Source: Candidatus Oleincola secundus
GTDB taxonomy: Bacteria; Atribacterota; Phoenicimicrobiia; Phoenicimicrobiales; Stramentimicrobiaceae
DNA length: 22,403 bases
Reading direction: 5' to 3'
Assembly (NCBI GenBank): GCA_018400815.1
Contig: JAGYLS010000022.1
Span: 1-22,403, forward strand
In this document: piece by piece, positions 8,522 to 17,274 of the stretch
How the letters are laid out: each line of letters begins with the position of its first letter
Position numbering within the stretch: position 1 is the stretch's first letter
The notes under the pieces: model-generated
The model's input: only the letters and a program-made list of their open reading frames with translations
The model's database searches: none
What the model was told of the DNA's origin: nothing
Translations under genes and position numbers: made by a program

Positions 8522-9271
8522 TTAGTCCTCGTGTTCTTTTAGCCACGAAATTATTTCTTCTCTTTTCTGGCGTTCTTCTTTATTGACAGAATCATCGCCT
8601 TCTTCAGAATGAACCTCACTCTGATTTTGATTCATGCCTATGCCACACCCATCTTTGTCATTACAAGCACCACGGAATACGGTTGAAAGAGCCTGTGGTT
8701 CTATATCATATATATAGGCAACACGGTCTTCTTCACTCAATCCATACGCTTTATAATCGACATCTTCAGGCAGGTCGGATACTTTCACGGCTTTAGTTTT
8801 CGCCCTAAAAGAGACAGAAACATTCGGAGTTTGACCAGACTTCTCACATAATTCAATGTATCCTCTCCATGCCGAAGCATAATGGGTTTTATCTACAATA
8901 TGAACATCCATAATCATGGACTTCGTTTTTTCATCATATCGTACATTATCGTTATAACCAACGAAATACAGAATATTAGATGTGGCTGTTAAGCCTTTAA
9001 TATCTGTAGTCCCTTGATGGTTAATGTCATGTAATGTGTTCTCCCACATTGGGGATGCCTTTTCTAATTCAACTGATGATAGAAATGCTCCTTTATAAAA
9101 TCTATCACCGACTAATGCAACTGCTCGATTTTCCTGTATTTCATAATCCTCTTGACAGTCCTGACAGTCTGATAAGTCAATTTTCTTTTCATACTTATCC
9201 ATCGTTACTTCAAATGAGAATTCTTTATACTCGGATTCATCTTCCATATTGTCACCTTTATTTTTTGCCAT
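8522..9271 (-). CDS. Prohead maturation protease (DUF2213-like / herpes-assemblin fold)
   Basis: Catalytic-type His (DINHQ) and Ser (NVSVSF), and ALSTVFRGAC...GCGIG. Directly upstream of the MCP. Start is 9271 (GAGGT SD) or 9247 (AGGTGA SD), not 9412. Confidence 0.78.
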   Translation of the reverse strand: MAKNKGDNMEDESEYKEFSFEVTMDKYEKKIDLSDCQDCQEDYEIQENRAVALVGDRFYKGAFLSSVELEKASPMWENTLHDINHQGTTDIKGLTATSNILYFVGYNDNVRYDEKTKSMIMDVHIVDKTHYASAWRGYIELCEKSGQTPNVSVSFRAKTKAVKVSDLPEDVDYKAYGLSEEDRVAYIYDIEPQALSTVFRGACNDKDGCGIGMNQNQSEVHSEEGDDSVNKEERQKREEIISWLKEHED

Positions 9272-9281
9272 CCATCTTACC

Positions 9282-9770
9282 TCAATATTTCTGTAATCTC
9301 CTTGCCTGTTCAGGTGGAGTAAAAATACTTTCATCCTCACTCTTCGTACTCTCTGATATTTCTCCCTTTTTACGAGCCTCTTTAGTATTCTTCTTACTCT
9401 CATGCCAAGCATTCACATACCAATCTTCTGGCTCTTTAACATAAGGTTCTAACTCTTTTTTAACTGTTTCAGCGAATGAGAGGAATTTCCATATCATCCA
9501 GAATACCGGATGTCTATATGCAGTATCTTTGTAAAGTACCCACAGAATCAATGAGCCGAATTCCAACATCATTCTACGTTGATACTTCTCTTTCACTTCA
9601 TCAGCAGTTTCTTCAAGTAATTTGTATAAACGATAAAAGACAGGGTTACTACATGTTTCAAGGTCTACGATAATTTCATTCTTATCGGTTCCCATCTTTT
9701 TTCGAATCCAGTTAGCAGCGATTTTAATAATCTTTTTATGCTTGTCACCGAATTCAAGTATGTGTCCCAT
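9282..9770 (-). CDS. Hypothetical helical protein in the head module
   Basis: 162 aa, tightly packed with its neighbours, no recognised motif. Confidence 0.8.
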   Translation of the reverse strand: MGHILEFGDKHKKIIKIAANWIRKKMGTDKNEIIVDLETCSNPVFYRLYKLLEETADEVKEKYQRRMMLEFGSLILWVLYKDTAYRHPVFWMIWKFLSFAETVKKELEPYVKEPEDWYVNAWHESKKNTKEARKKGEISESTKSEDESIFTPPEQARRLQKY

Positions 9771-9772
9771 AC

Positions 9773-10366
9773 TTATTCCCCTTTCTTCATCTTCTCATTT
9801 TCTTTTTTCGCTTTTTTCAGAGCCTTTTTAAGTTTCTTTTTACTCTCTTCACTTTCGGCTAACTTATCCAACTCTTCTTCAAAGATAACTTTCTCTTTAC
9901 CTGTAGGACTACAGCCTTTAGTATAAACATTCTTTGGTCGGTAACGAGAATACTTATGTTCTAATAAATCCATTAATCTAAATGCAGCAGCCACATACTC
10001 ATCAGCACCGTTATCCACTTGTCCCTCAATGCCCTTAACTGCATTTGCTATTACTTTAATCTCACTATCAAGTTCTTTCAACGCATCTTTCTTATCGTGG
10101 CAGGGGTAAAAACTTTTCTTGCCTAATGGAAACATGACAGGCATTTTAATTTCCCCTTTCTGCACTCGTTTGCGTTTGTCTTTTAAACTCTTTAAGACGA
10201 TTTCATACTCACTTAATTGCTTTTTCAGTTTCCCATACTGGTTACTAATATTTATCAATTGCTGGAAATACTGTACTTCCATCTGATTAATTGGTTGTGC
10301 TTCTTTATTTGGGGGAACTGCTTGTTCTTTCTTATCATTACTTCTTTTACGTTTTCCTTTTGCCAT
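9773..10366 (-). CDS. Prefoldin-like coiled-coil protein
   Basis: Helix (YFQQLINISNQYGKLKKQLSEYEIVLKSL), beta hairpin (PVMFPLGKKSFYP), helix (KKDALKELDSEIKVIANAVKGIEGQV). Start 10366 has SD AAGGAG. Confidence 0.55.
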   Translation of the reverse strand: MAKGKRKRSNDKKEQAVPPNKEAQPINQMEVQYFQQLINISNQYGKLKKQLSEYEIVLKSLKDKRKRVQKGEIKMPVMFPLGKKSFYPCHDKKDALKELDSEIKVIANAVKGIEGQVDNGADEYVAAAFRLMDLLEHKYSRYRPKNVYTKGCSPTGKEKVIFEEELDKLAESEESKKKLKKALKKAKKENEKMKKGE

Positions 10367-10380
10367 TTTATCTATCTCCT

Positions 10381-10791
10381 TTATCTCCCATATTGGAAGA
10401 GTTTTTCTAACCATTTTTCAATTTCCCTATTAAAGTATTTCTCTCCTTTGAGAATTCCTGGTCGGATAAATGGTCTATATCCACCTTTATACTTTTTAGG
10501 GTTCTCTGGTGTGCCACCTTTCATTTCAGCAACCCATCCATATTCATGATACGATGCATATTTAGCATCATTACCTAATGTAAATCCTAAACTATTAGCC
10601 AAGTCTTCAACATACATTTGTCCTTTCATCCATCCAGTATCAACAGGACAGAGCCTCATAGCCTCATCATATGCTATAGTTGCAGCCTCTCTAAGAAGAC
10701 GTTTCCATCTTCCCTGACTTATAGAAGCAGAGACTTCTTTAGTGAATTTCTCATAGTCACTGTAATCTATACTATAACCTATCTTAGCCAT
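10381..10791 (-). CDS. HK97 gp10-like neck/tail completion protein
   Basis: Signature PVDTG, YASYHEYG and RPFIRPG motifs. Confidence 0.85.
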   Translation of the reverse strand: MAKIGYSIDYSDYEKFTKEVSASISQGRWKRLLREAATIAYDEAMRLCPVDTGWMKGQMYVEDLANSLGFTLGNDAKYASYHEYGWVAEMKGGTPENPKKYKGGYRPFIRPGILKGEKYFNREIEKWLEKLFQYGR

Positions 10792-12098
10792 TATTCCTCT
10801 TCTTCCTTCTCTTTGGACTTACTTTCAGGATTCGGGGGTCTAATAGAATCAGGTTTTTTCGGGGGAGTAGGTTTCTTATTAATATCAATTTCAACCATTC
10901 CTTGATTGAGCATGCGTCTTCCTTCTTCAATATCAATGACCCCTGCTTGAATTCCCTTTGTAACATATTCCATCCTCTTTTCCATTATATTAGCCTCTCC
11001 TAATTCATCAACGTATACAGTTTGCCATGCAAGTTCATACTTCCATGTTCTCCCACGAGCCTCTATAATACGTCTATATAAGTCTGTAATTAATGGTGTA
11101 TATATTAAGTCTTGAATATCTCTAATGTCTCTGTAATAGTCTGCAAATCCAATCTCAGCCCCAGTAACACGCCCTATTTGAATACCTGTAAGAACATGAA
11201 CAGGCATAACGAGAACGGATGCAATGTTTAATACAAGGAAGTTCATAAACTCTTCAGGTTGAATTGCCTTTGGTTCGATAATCTCTAATTCGAAATCATC
11301 CTCATCGTGAACCCAACTTGAAGGATGTGATGCAGCGACTTTTGTTAATTTCTCAATCTCATCATCGTCAATATCTTTTGCTTTAATATCAATCATACCA
11401 TGTGAAAACCAAGAAAGTATTTTACCTACTGCAATATCTACATTCTTTTTACTTTTAATGGTATTACGTAATATGTCAATTTTACTAACACCTAATTTAC
11501 TGGTACTATCTTCATCAATTTTAATATGTTGAATCCGGTCAGGGTGAATCATAACTTCCCCTTGTCCAGTTGAAAATACAAAATGAAATAAATCTTTCTT
11601 TCTATTTGCTTCTGATAAATATTGAACTTTAGTAATTTTTTGTGGGTTTAGTACTTTGATAGTCCGTGGTTCTGCATTATCAGCAGGGGCATCTTTTAAA
11701 CTTCTCTTATTATCATTATTAAATCCTATAAGTAGGAATCCATCACCGTAGATATGAGCATCCATTACAGCATGAGAGAATTTCTTTTTATAATTAGTCC
11801 GTTTTTCAAAAGCATAAATAGCATTCTCATCTGCTTGAATAGGTGTTGATTGATTCTTAGTCTCAATCTTAAACCATGCTCTAATAGAATCCATCGTTTT
11901 CTTTCGTACACCTTTCATAAATATAGGTGATTGATAAGCAAGTTCTCTTCTTCGGTCTGGTGTCATACGTGGGTCGTCACTACCTTTCGTACTACCATTT
12001 GCACCCCAAGCAGAATTGCCCAATGCTGATTCTTTAGTTGGTTGAATATAATCCTTATAAAAATTTAATACTCTATCTCCTAAGTTCCATTTTGCCAT
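10791..12098 (-). CDS. Portal protein (DUF1073/HK97-like)
   Basis: Directly after terL. Motifs AHIYGDGFLLI, IHPDRIQH, IASVLVMPVHVLTG and DYYRDIRDIQ. Likely start 12098 (MAKW), 2 nt after the terL stop. Confidence 0.9.
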   Translation of the reverse strand: MAKWNLGDRVLNFYKDYIQPTKESALGNSAWGANGSTKGSDDPRMTPDRRRELAYQSPIFMKGVRKKTMDSIRAWFKIETKNQSTPIQADENAIYAFEKRTNYKKKFSHAVMDAHIYGDGFLLIGFNNDNKRSLKDAPADNAEPRTIKVLNPQKITKVQYLSEANRKKDLFHFVFSTGQGEVMIHPDRIQHIKIDEDSTSKLGVSKIDILRNTIKSKKNVDIAVGKILSWFSHGMIDIKAKDIDDDEIEKLTKVAASHPSSWVHDEDDFELEIIEPKAIQPEEFMNFLVLNIASVLVMPVHVLTGIQIGRVTGAEIGFADYYRDIRDIQDLIYTPLITDLYRRIIEARGRTWKYELAWQTVYVDELGEANIMEKRMEYVTKGIQAGVIDIEEGRRMLNQGMVEIDINKKPTPPKKPDSIRPPNPESKSKEKEEEE

Positions 12099-12100
12099 AA

Positions 12101-13432
12101 TTAATAACCCCATTTGGTGTTAAATGTCCACCTTATCTTTCTTTTAAATAATTTAAATGAATATACTCCATATCTCAATGCATCTACAGAGTGGTCGTCT
12201 AATTTTATAGGTTTCTCAGGCTGATTCTCATTAGTCTTATCCCTTTTATATCTATATGCCTGAATCTCTCTTACTAAATTACCGCATCCTGAATCAATAA
12301 ATAATTGGTCACGTTCAAGCATTGATTTAACTTTCCCTATTCCGGGTTCAACGTGATTGTCAGCCTTTTCAGCAGGTAACTTTAATTCTTCACACTGAGC
12401 AATTAAGTCAGCAGCAGAGGGGTCAATAAATATCTTTTTATAATTATATTTTTTATGTAAATGTTTAATAGTTTTAGATACTTGAGCCGTTGTCCTCTCT
12501 GCTTTATAATATTCATCTACTATAACCGCTTCTTTATCACTGGTTATGCCAATAGTAAGAATACAGGAAGGGTTCCTAATACCCCAATCAACTCCAGCAA
12601 TATAATATTTAATTTTTTTGTCCATCTTATCATAGTCAATCACGTGTTTCTTTGGATTAAACATTTTATAAATCTGCCCCTCGAATGCACCCCATTTCCC
12701 ATCAAGAAATCTCCGTTTCCAATCTTTATCATAAGATGCCTCCATATTCTCTATGTATCCATCAGGCAGGAATATGTTTTCATAAGAGTTAGTATCTACG
12801 TGATGATATTTCTTCTTATCTTTAGTATTGTAGAATTTTTCATAAATCCAATGCGTCTCTGCACCGGGATTAGTTGTAAGCAGTCCATATCTATGAGGAA
12901 GATTATTACCTCTCATACGGGCTATTAACTGGTCAAATATTTTCTCATCAATCTCAATCGGTTCATCCAAGCAGAAGAAGTCAATAGTATAACCACGAAT
13001 CTTCTCTTCTTTATCCATTGCCAGAAAATATATAATGCTACCGTTAAAGAATTCTACTTGCATCTTTCCGTGAGACTTCACCACTCGTCTCGTTAACTTT
13101 ATTGGAATACCATTCTTATTTAATATCTCTTGGTACTTCCATAACTCTTCTTCAAATACTGTAAATACTACATTAGATAATTGTGTATAAGTAAGTGAGC
13201 CAATAATCCCTTTTACTTTAGGATGATTAATGCACGTTCTAATCGCTGTATGAGCCAGTAGTAATGTCTTACCTGCTGCAACAGCACCACTATAAACAGT
13301 GAAGTCATGTTTCCTCACATCTCTTATAGTCTGTAACTGTTTAGGTAAGAACTCTATGGGTGATTCTAAATACATCTCTTTATTGTTGTTAATATTATCC
13401 CACCTAAAACCCGAACATTCCTTTGTTCTCAT
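12101..13432 (-). CDS. terL: Terminase large subunit (PBSX/Terminase_3-6-like)
   Basis: Walker A SGAVAAGKT, Walker B FFCLDE, coupling motif TTNP, nuclease motifs GVDWG, DPSA and DDHSVDALRY. Confidence 0.96.
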   Translation of the reverse strand: MRTKECSGFRWDNINNNKEMYLESPIEFLPKQLQTIRDVRKHDFTVYSGAVAAGKTLLLAHTAIRTCINHPKVKGIIGSLTYTQLSNVVFTVFEEELWKYQEILNKNGIPIKLTRRVVKSHGKMQVEFFNGSIIYFLAMDKEEKIRGYTIDFFCLDEPIEIDEKIFDQLIARMRGNNLPHRYGLLTTNPGAETHWIYEKFYNTKDKKKYHHVDTNSYENIFLPDGYIENMEASYDKDWKRRFLDGKWGAFEGQIYKMFNPKKHVIDYDKMDKKIKYYIAGVDWGIRNPSCILTIGITSDKEAVIVDEYYKAERTTAQVSKTIKHLHKKYNYKKIFIDPSAADLIAQCEELKLPAEKADNHVEPGIGKVKSMLERDQLFIDSGCGNLVREIQAYRYKRDKTNENQPEKPIKLDDHSVDALRYGVYSFKLFKRKIRWTFNTKWGY

Positions 13433-13528
13433 ACCTTTGTCAATAGTAAGTATGTATAAAAAAACAACCTTCGAAAGGTTTATATAGTATTACTCCTTCC
13501 ACGTGACTTTAAGGTACAGGAGGATAAA
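13433..13528. promoter_or_regulatory. Divergent archaeal-type promoter region with a central inverted repeat
   Basis: Plus strand: BRE-like CGAAAG (13472-13477), TATA TTTATATA (13479-13486), SD AGGAGG (13518-13523). Minus strand: TTTATACA (13460-13453), about 21-28 nt before the terL ATG. Inverted repeat AACCT-TCGAA-AGGTT (13466-13480). Confidence 0.65.
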
Positions 13529-13966
13529 ATGACTAAAGTTCCCAGAAAGACAAGACAGAAAGCGATTCTTGACCTTATGAATCAAGGTATCACTTCTCCT
13601 ACAGAAATTGTAAACAGATTAAAGTCTGATTACGATATTGATACAACACGGCAGACAGTGTATCGTGATATATCTGATGGTGTTGAGCCAGTAACAGAAG
13701 ATATATTAGAAGAACATAAGGCATCTATGGTTGCTAACTTAGATGAACTTATGAAAACTGCTTATGAACGTGGCGTTAGGGGGAATGATAAGGCAATGAA
13801 GACTTATGGTCAGTTGGCTAAGGTTAAGGCTGATGTAATAAAAAAGATTGTGGATGTTCAGGCTGAACTCCAACGGCGTGAACGACCAATATATAAGATT
13901 AATATTGGTGATTTCAAAGAAGCAAAGAAAAAGAAGGAGAATAAGAAAGATGGCGAAAAAGAATGA
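13529..13966 (+). CDS. HTH protein, probable terminase small subunit
   Basis: ArgR-like N-terminal HTH (RQKAILDLM...TTRQTVYRDI), central helical hairpin (AYERGVRGNDKAMK), C-terminal beta strand (IYKINIG). This is a TerS-like layout, and the gene is adjacent to terL. Confidence 0.6.
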   Translation: MTKVPRKTRQKAILDLMNQGITSPTEIVNRLKSDYDIDTTRQTVYRDISDGVEPVTEDILEEHKASMVANLDELMKTAYERGVRGNDKAMKTYGQLAKVKADVIKKIVDVQAELQRRERPIYKINIGDFKEAKKKKENKKDGEKE

Positions 13967-14249
13967 GTTAGAAGAACAGATAGAAAAAGTAGACGCAGCA
14001 CTAACAATGCTTGAAGGACAAATGAATGAGCCTAAAGGTACCAAAGATAAAATAAAGGGATTCTTCTCACGATTTGTTCCGATGAGTAAAAAGACAGGAG
14101 ATAATATGCAGGTACAATTTACTGAATTATCTTATAGCATCTTAGTAGTACAGAAACAATTTCTGCAATTTGTAAATGCAGTAAATGGAAGTAAAAAAAT
14201 GAAATGTGAAAAAGAATATAAAAGTGAAGGTCGTGGAATGTATGAATAA
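13950..14249 (+). CDS. Hypothetical coiled-coil protein
   Basis: Start MAKKNELEE at 13950 with AAGGAG upstream; overlaps both neighbours. Confidence 0.7.
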   Translation: MAKKNELEEQIEKVDAALTMLEGQMNEPKGTKDKIKGFFSRFVPMSKKTGDNMQVQFTELSYSILVVQKQFLQFVNAVNGSKKMKCEKEYKSEGRGMYE

Positions 14250-14919
14250 GCCAATAAATCCAAATACGTTAAGTAAAAAGCAGCAGAAAATATTTTTCGA
14301 GGGTAGATGTAAACACCGTCATCTTTATTGTGAACATCCGTCATGTTTTAGAAAAGAGATTCTTGAAAAGGATGGAGATTTCGTAGAAGGTTATCTGGAT
14401 ATAGAGACAACGGGATTCGAAGCAAATTACCATCATATGCTTACATATGTAATTAAAGTTAAAGGTAAAAAGCAATACTATACTGCCAGTATTACGAAAG
14501 AAGATTTAGATAAAGGTATATTTGATAAACGAATCTGTGAACAACTTGTTGAAGATTTATCACACTTTGACCTTATCTATACTTACTACGGTACTGGATT
14601 TGATATACCATTTATGCGGTCACGGTGTATGTATTATGGTATTACTTTTCCTGAATTTGGAACGTTGCAGCACAAAGATTTATACTACGTTACGAAACGC
14701 CTGCTTAAATTGAATCGAGGTTCACTTGCAGCAGCAACACGTTTTCTCGGCATTGATGGTAAGAATCATGTTCTCGGAGAAGAGTGGATGCTGGCTCGAA
14801 TTGGAAATAAGAAAGGTTTGAAATATGTAATGGAACATAATATCCTTGATTGTGATATACTTGAAAAGTTGCATGAGAAATTAGAGAATTACTTTAAAAA
14901 GAAAAGTAAGACGGTCTAA
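14242..14919 (+). CDS. DEDD 3'-5' exonuclease (RNase_H_2/YprB, PolB-exo-like)
   Basis: Exo I YLDIETTG, Exo II YYGTGFDIPFM, HKDLY, Exo III HNILDCDIL. N-terminal Cys/His cluster CKHRHLYCEHPSC. Confidence 0.88.
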   Translation: MNKPINPNTLSKKQQKIFFEGRCKHRHLYCEHPSCFRKEILEKDGDFVEGYLDIETTGFEANYHHMLTYVIKVKGKKQYYTASITKEDLDKGIFDKRICEQLVEDLSHFDLIYTYYGTGFDIPFMRSRCMYYGITFPEFGTLQHKDLYYVTKRLLKLNRGSLAAATRFLGIDGKNHVLGEEWMLARIGNKKGLKYVMEHNILDCDILEKLHEKLENYFKKKSKTV

Positions 14920-14928
14920 GGTGAGAGC

Positions 14929-15321
14929 ATGAAAAAGGTTTGTGAAGATTGTCATAAGTCTTTTGATGCTCACGATAAGCAACAGGTTAGATGTCCTGAA
15001 TGTCAAGAAGCATATAGAAAAGAGTTTCAGAAAGAATATCATAAAACATACTGGAATGATAAGCCAAATACGCATCAAGTACAATACTACCAATTCTGGC
15101 GTTTCTGTACAACTCTTACGGATGATGAGAGACGAGCATTAGTCTCTGCAAGAATACGTGACTTGAAACAAGAGACAACTGATGATGAGTGGAGACGATT
15201 ACGGACAGAGATAAAAATCCTGTGCCAAACATATGAAGGCGAGAAGATAGAAGTCTACGAAATGAGGAATAAGGAACGAGAACGTTTAGAGCAAGTTAAA
15301 AGAGGAGTAGAAGATGAATAA
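14929..15321 (+). CDS. Zn-finger protein (CxxC...CxxC)
   Basis: CEDC and CPEC; SD AGGTGA. Confidence 0.8.
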   Translation: MKKVCEDCHKSFDAHDKQQVRCPECQEAYRKEFQKEYHKTYWNDKPNTHQVQYYQFWRFCTTLTDDERRALVSARIRDLKQETTDDEWRRLRTEIKILCQTYEGEKIEVYEMRNKERERLEQVKRGVEDE

Positions 15322-16552
15322 ATTAAAGGATGATAAACTCATTAAGCATATAGTTGATGAGGTACATAAAGAAGGGGTTGTCGGAGAAGAGGATTCCATC
15401 ATTGTACTTACATTAAAGATAATGCTGAGGCTTGTCAAGAATGCCTCTCCTACGTCTTCCAATGTTCTTGTATCTGATAAGACCGGGGGAGGAAAAGATT
15501 GGCTTACGAAGCATGTATGCAAGGTTCTCCTGTCTGAAAGTGACTGCTATCACCGTACTACGATGTCTCCGAAGGCATTTAACTATTGGCAACCGTTTAA
15601 AATGGTCAATAAGAAAAAAGTAACTATCAGTTGGGATGGAAAAGTAATCTATCTTGAAGACCCTGATGAAGAGTTAATAAAATCACAGGCATTTAAAGTG
15701 ATGGCATCTGGAGGGACTCATATGACTGTAGTTAAAGACCAACAAGTGCTTGACAGAAAGATTGAAGGTAAACCTGTTATTATTGTGACAAGTATGAAGA
15801 CTCAAATAGATGTAGAAGGACAGAGACGTTGGGATGCAATCCGTATTGATACAAGTCAAGCATTGTCTAATAAAGTTATAGATTCCATCTTAACTGATGC
15901 TTGTGGGAAATCAATCAAAGGAAATGCTGACACAACATTTAGGCTTATGCTACAGAAATTAGATGAATATAATGTAGTAATACCTTGGGCAATTAATCTA
16001 AAAAGAGTGTTTAAGAATCCTCGAATGATTGAGAGAACACAGACTAAGAAGTTCCTTGATTATATTAAAGCGAGTGCAATACTGCATCAAGAACAGAGAA
16101 AAGTAGATGCTGATGGAAATTTAATTGCTGACGAAGATGATTACGAATTGGCTCGATTTGCTTACATCAAATTACGGAATAAAGAAGGTAATGCATTAAA
16201 TAAGCAAGAAGAAGAGTTGCTTGATTATCTACGCAGTAAAAAAGAGGAAATTAAATTGAATCAGGTTACTACGGATTTGGAGAATGTCTCACGTGCTTGG
16301 CTCTATCAACATAAGGATGATATGATTGAGAAGGGTGTTATTTCGACAGTCATAAAGTTTGATGCCGGTGCTAATCGAGAAGTAGAACATTTAAAAGCAA
16401 GTGCTGATATGGCTAAAGTAGTTTCAAATCCTCCAAAAGGGAGTGCAATTCTGAAAAAGAAAACTTACCTGCTTGATGGGAAACTGTATAGAGAAATTAA
16501 TCAAGAGAGAAAGAAAGAGGGCTTACTGCCTATCTTTGATGAGGTGCTATGA
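15314..16552 (+). CDS. AAA+/P-loop ATPase, putative replicative helicase with C-terminal wHTH
   Basis: Walker A DKTGGGKD, Walker B VIYLED, IIVTS sensor, QRRW Arg finger, MCM-like helical lid (FLDYIKASAILHQ...DEDDYELA), C-terminal HTH-like segment. Confidence 0.75.
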   Translation: MNKLKDDKLIKHIVDEVHKEGVVGEEDSIIVLTLKIMLRLVKNASPTSSNVLVSDKTGGGKDWLTKHVCKVLLSESDCYHRTTMSPKAFNYWQPFKMVNKKKVTISWDGKVIYLEDPDEELIKSQAFKVMASGGTHMTVVKDQQVLDRKIEGKPVIIVTSMKTQIDVEGQRRWDAIRIDTSQALSNKVIDSILTDACGKSIKGNADTTFRLMLQKLDEYNVVIPWAINLKRVFKNPRMIERTQTKKFLDYIKASAILHQEQRKVDADGNLIADEDDYELARFAYIKLRNKEGNALNKQEEELLDYLRSKKEEIKLNQVTTDLENVSRAWLYQHKDDMIEKGVISTVIKFDAGANREVEHLKASADMAKVVSNPPKGSAILKKKTYLLDGKLYREINQERKKEGLLPIFDEVL

Positions 16553-16770
16553 TGGGAAGTTATTTAAAGATATATGTAATTCAGAAAAGTGGAAAGAAGA
16601 AGCATATGGGTAACTACCGTTGTCGTTCTTGTGCTAAGAATCACATGGTAAAGAATCGCCCTTGCTTCGTACAGAATAGTAGAGGTAAGATGGTATTCTA
16701 TAATAAGGAGTACAAGAATCTTGCTGAGAAGAATGAATGGAAGTTAGATGGACAAGAGGTGAGACGATGA
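16549..16770 (+). CDS. Small basic hypothetical protein (CxxC)
   Basis: SD GAGGTG; ATGA overlaps at both ends. Confidence 0.7.
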   Translation: MMGSYLKIYVIQKSGKKKHMGNYRCRSCAKNHMVKNRPCFVQNSRGKMVFYNKEYKNLAEKNEWKLDGQEVRR

Positions 16771-17033
16771 GGTCTATATGCCTACACTGCTGTCTTAAGC
16801 ACATCGGTAAAGCAATAGTATTGCTCTGTGAATCACAACTCGGATACCCAGAACATCTGTATATCGCTTTAGGGAATTTATCAGAAGCAGAGGATGAGGT
16901 ACTTATTAAGTATCCTGAACTTGCACAGAAAATAAGAGAGATAAGATTAGAAATAGAAGAAGATATTAAGAATGGAGAAAAGTTAATACCATTACTATTA
17001 GAAATTATGGAATTAGAAAAGGAGAGTGAATAA
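16767..17033 (+). CDS. Small helical Cys/His protein (MRSICLHCCLKH...)
   Basis: SD GAGGTGA, ATGA overlap at 16767. Confidence 0.72.
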   Translation: MRSICLHCCLKHIGKAIVLLCESQLGYPEHLYIALGNLSEAEDEVLIKYPELAQKIREIRLEIEEDIKNGEKLIPLLLEIMELEKESE

Positions 17034-17274
17034 AATGCCGCTTTGTGAATGTGGAAATAAAATACGCTGGAGAGATATACTAAACCCATTTAAAATTTCA
17101 TGGAAAATTGATGTTGTAGATAAAGAAGGAAAGGTAATAGAGTCTTTTCGTGTCTGTGATGATTGTGGTAAATGGTATCAACAACTTGTAACGCTGATTA
17201 ATTTCTATGGAGAAGAGAAAGTTATTGAACTGCTTGAGGAGACTTACGGAAATGAAAAAGGAAGAGTGGATTAG
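17026..17274 (+). CDS. Small Zn-ribbon-like protein
   Basis: CEC...CDDC, GTG start with SD AAGGAG, operon packing. Confidence 0.7.
   Translation: MNKMPLCECGNKIRWRDILNPFKISWKIDVVDKEGKVIESFRVCDDCGKWYQQLVTLINFYGEEKVIELLEETYGNEKGRVD

Noticed and set aside
1977..13487. Plus-strand ORFs in the left arm (e.g. 1977-2441, 3950-4234, 4289-4744, 7807-8208, 9034-9444, 12461-12928)
   Set aside because: Antisense shadows of well-supported minus-strand genes, with no SD and no motifs.
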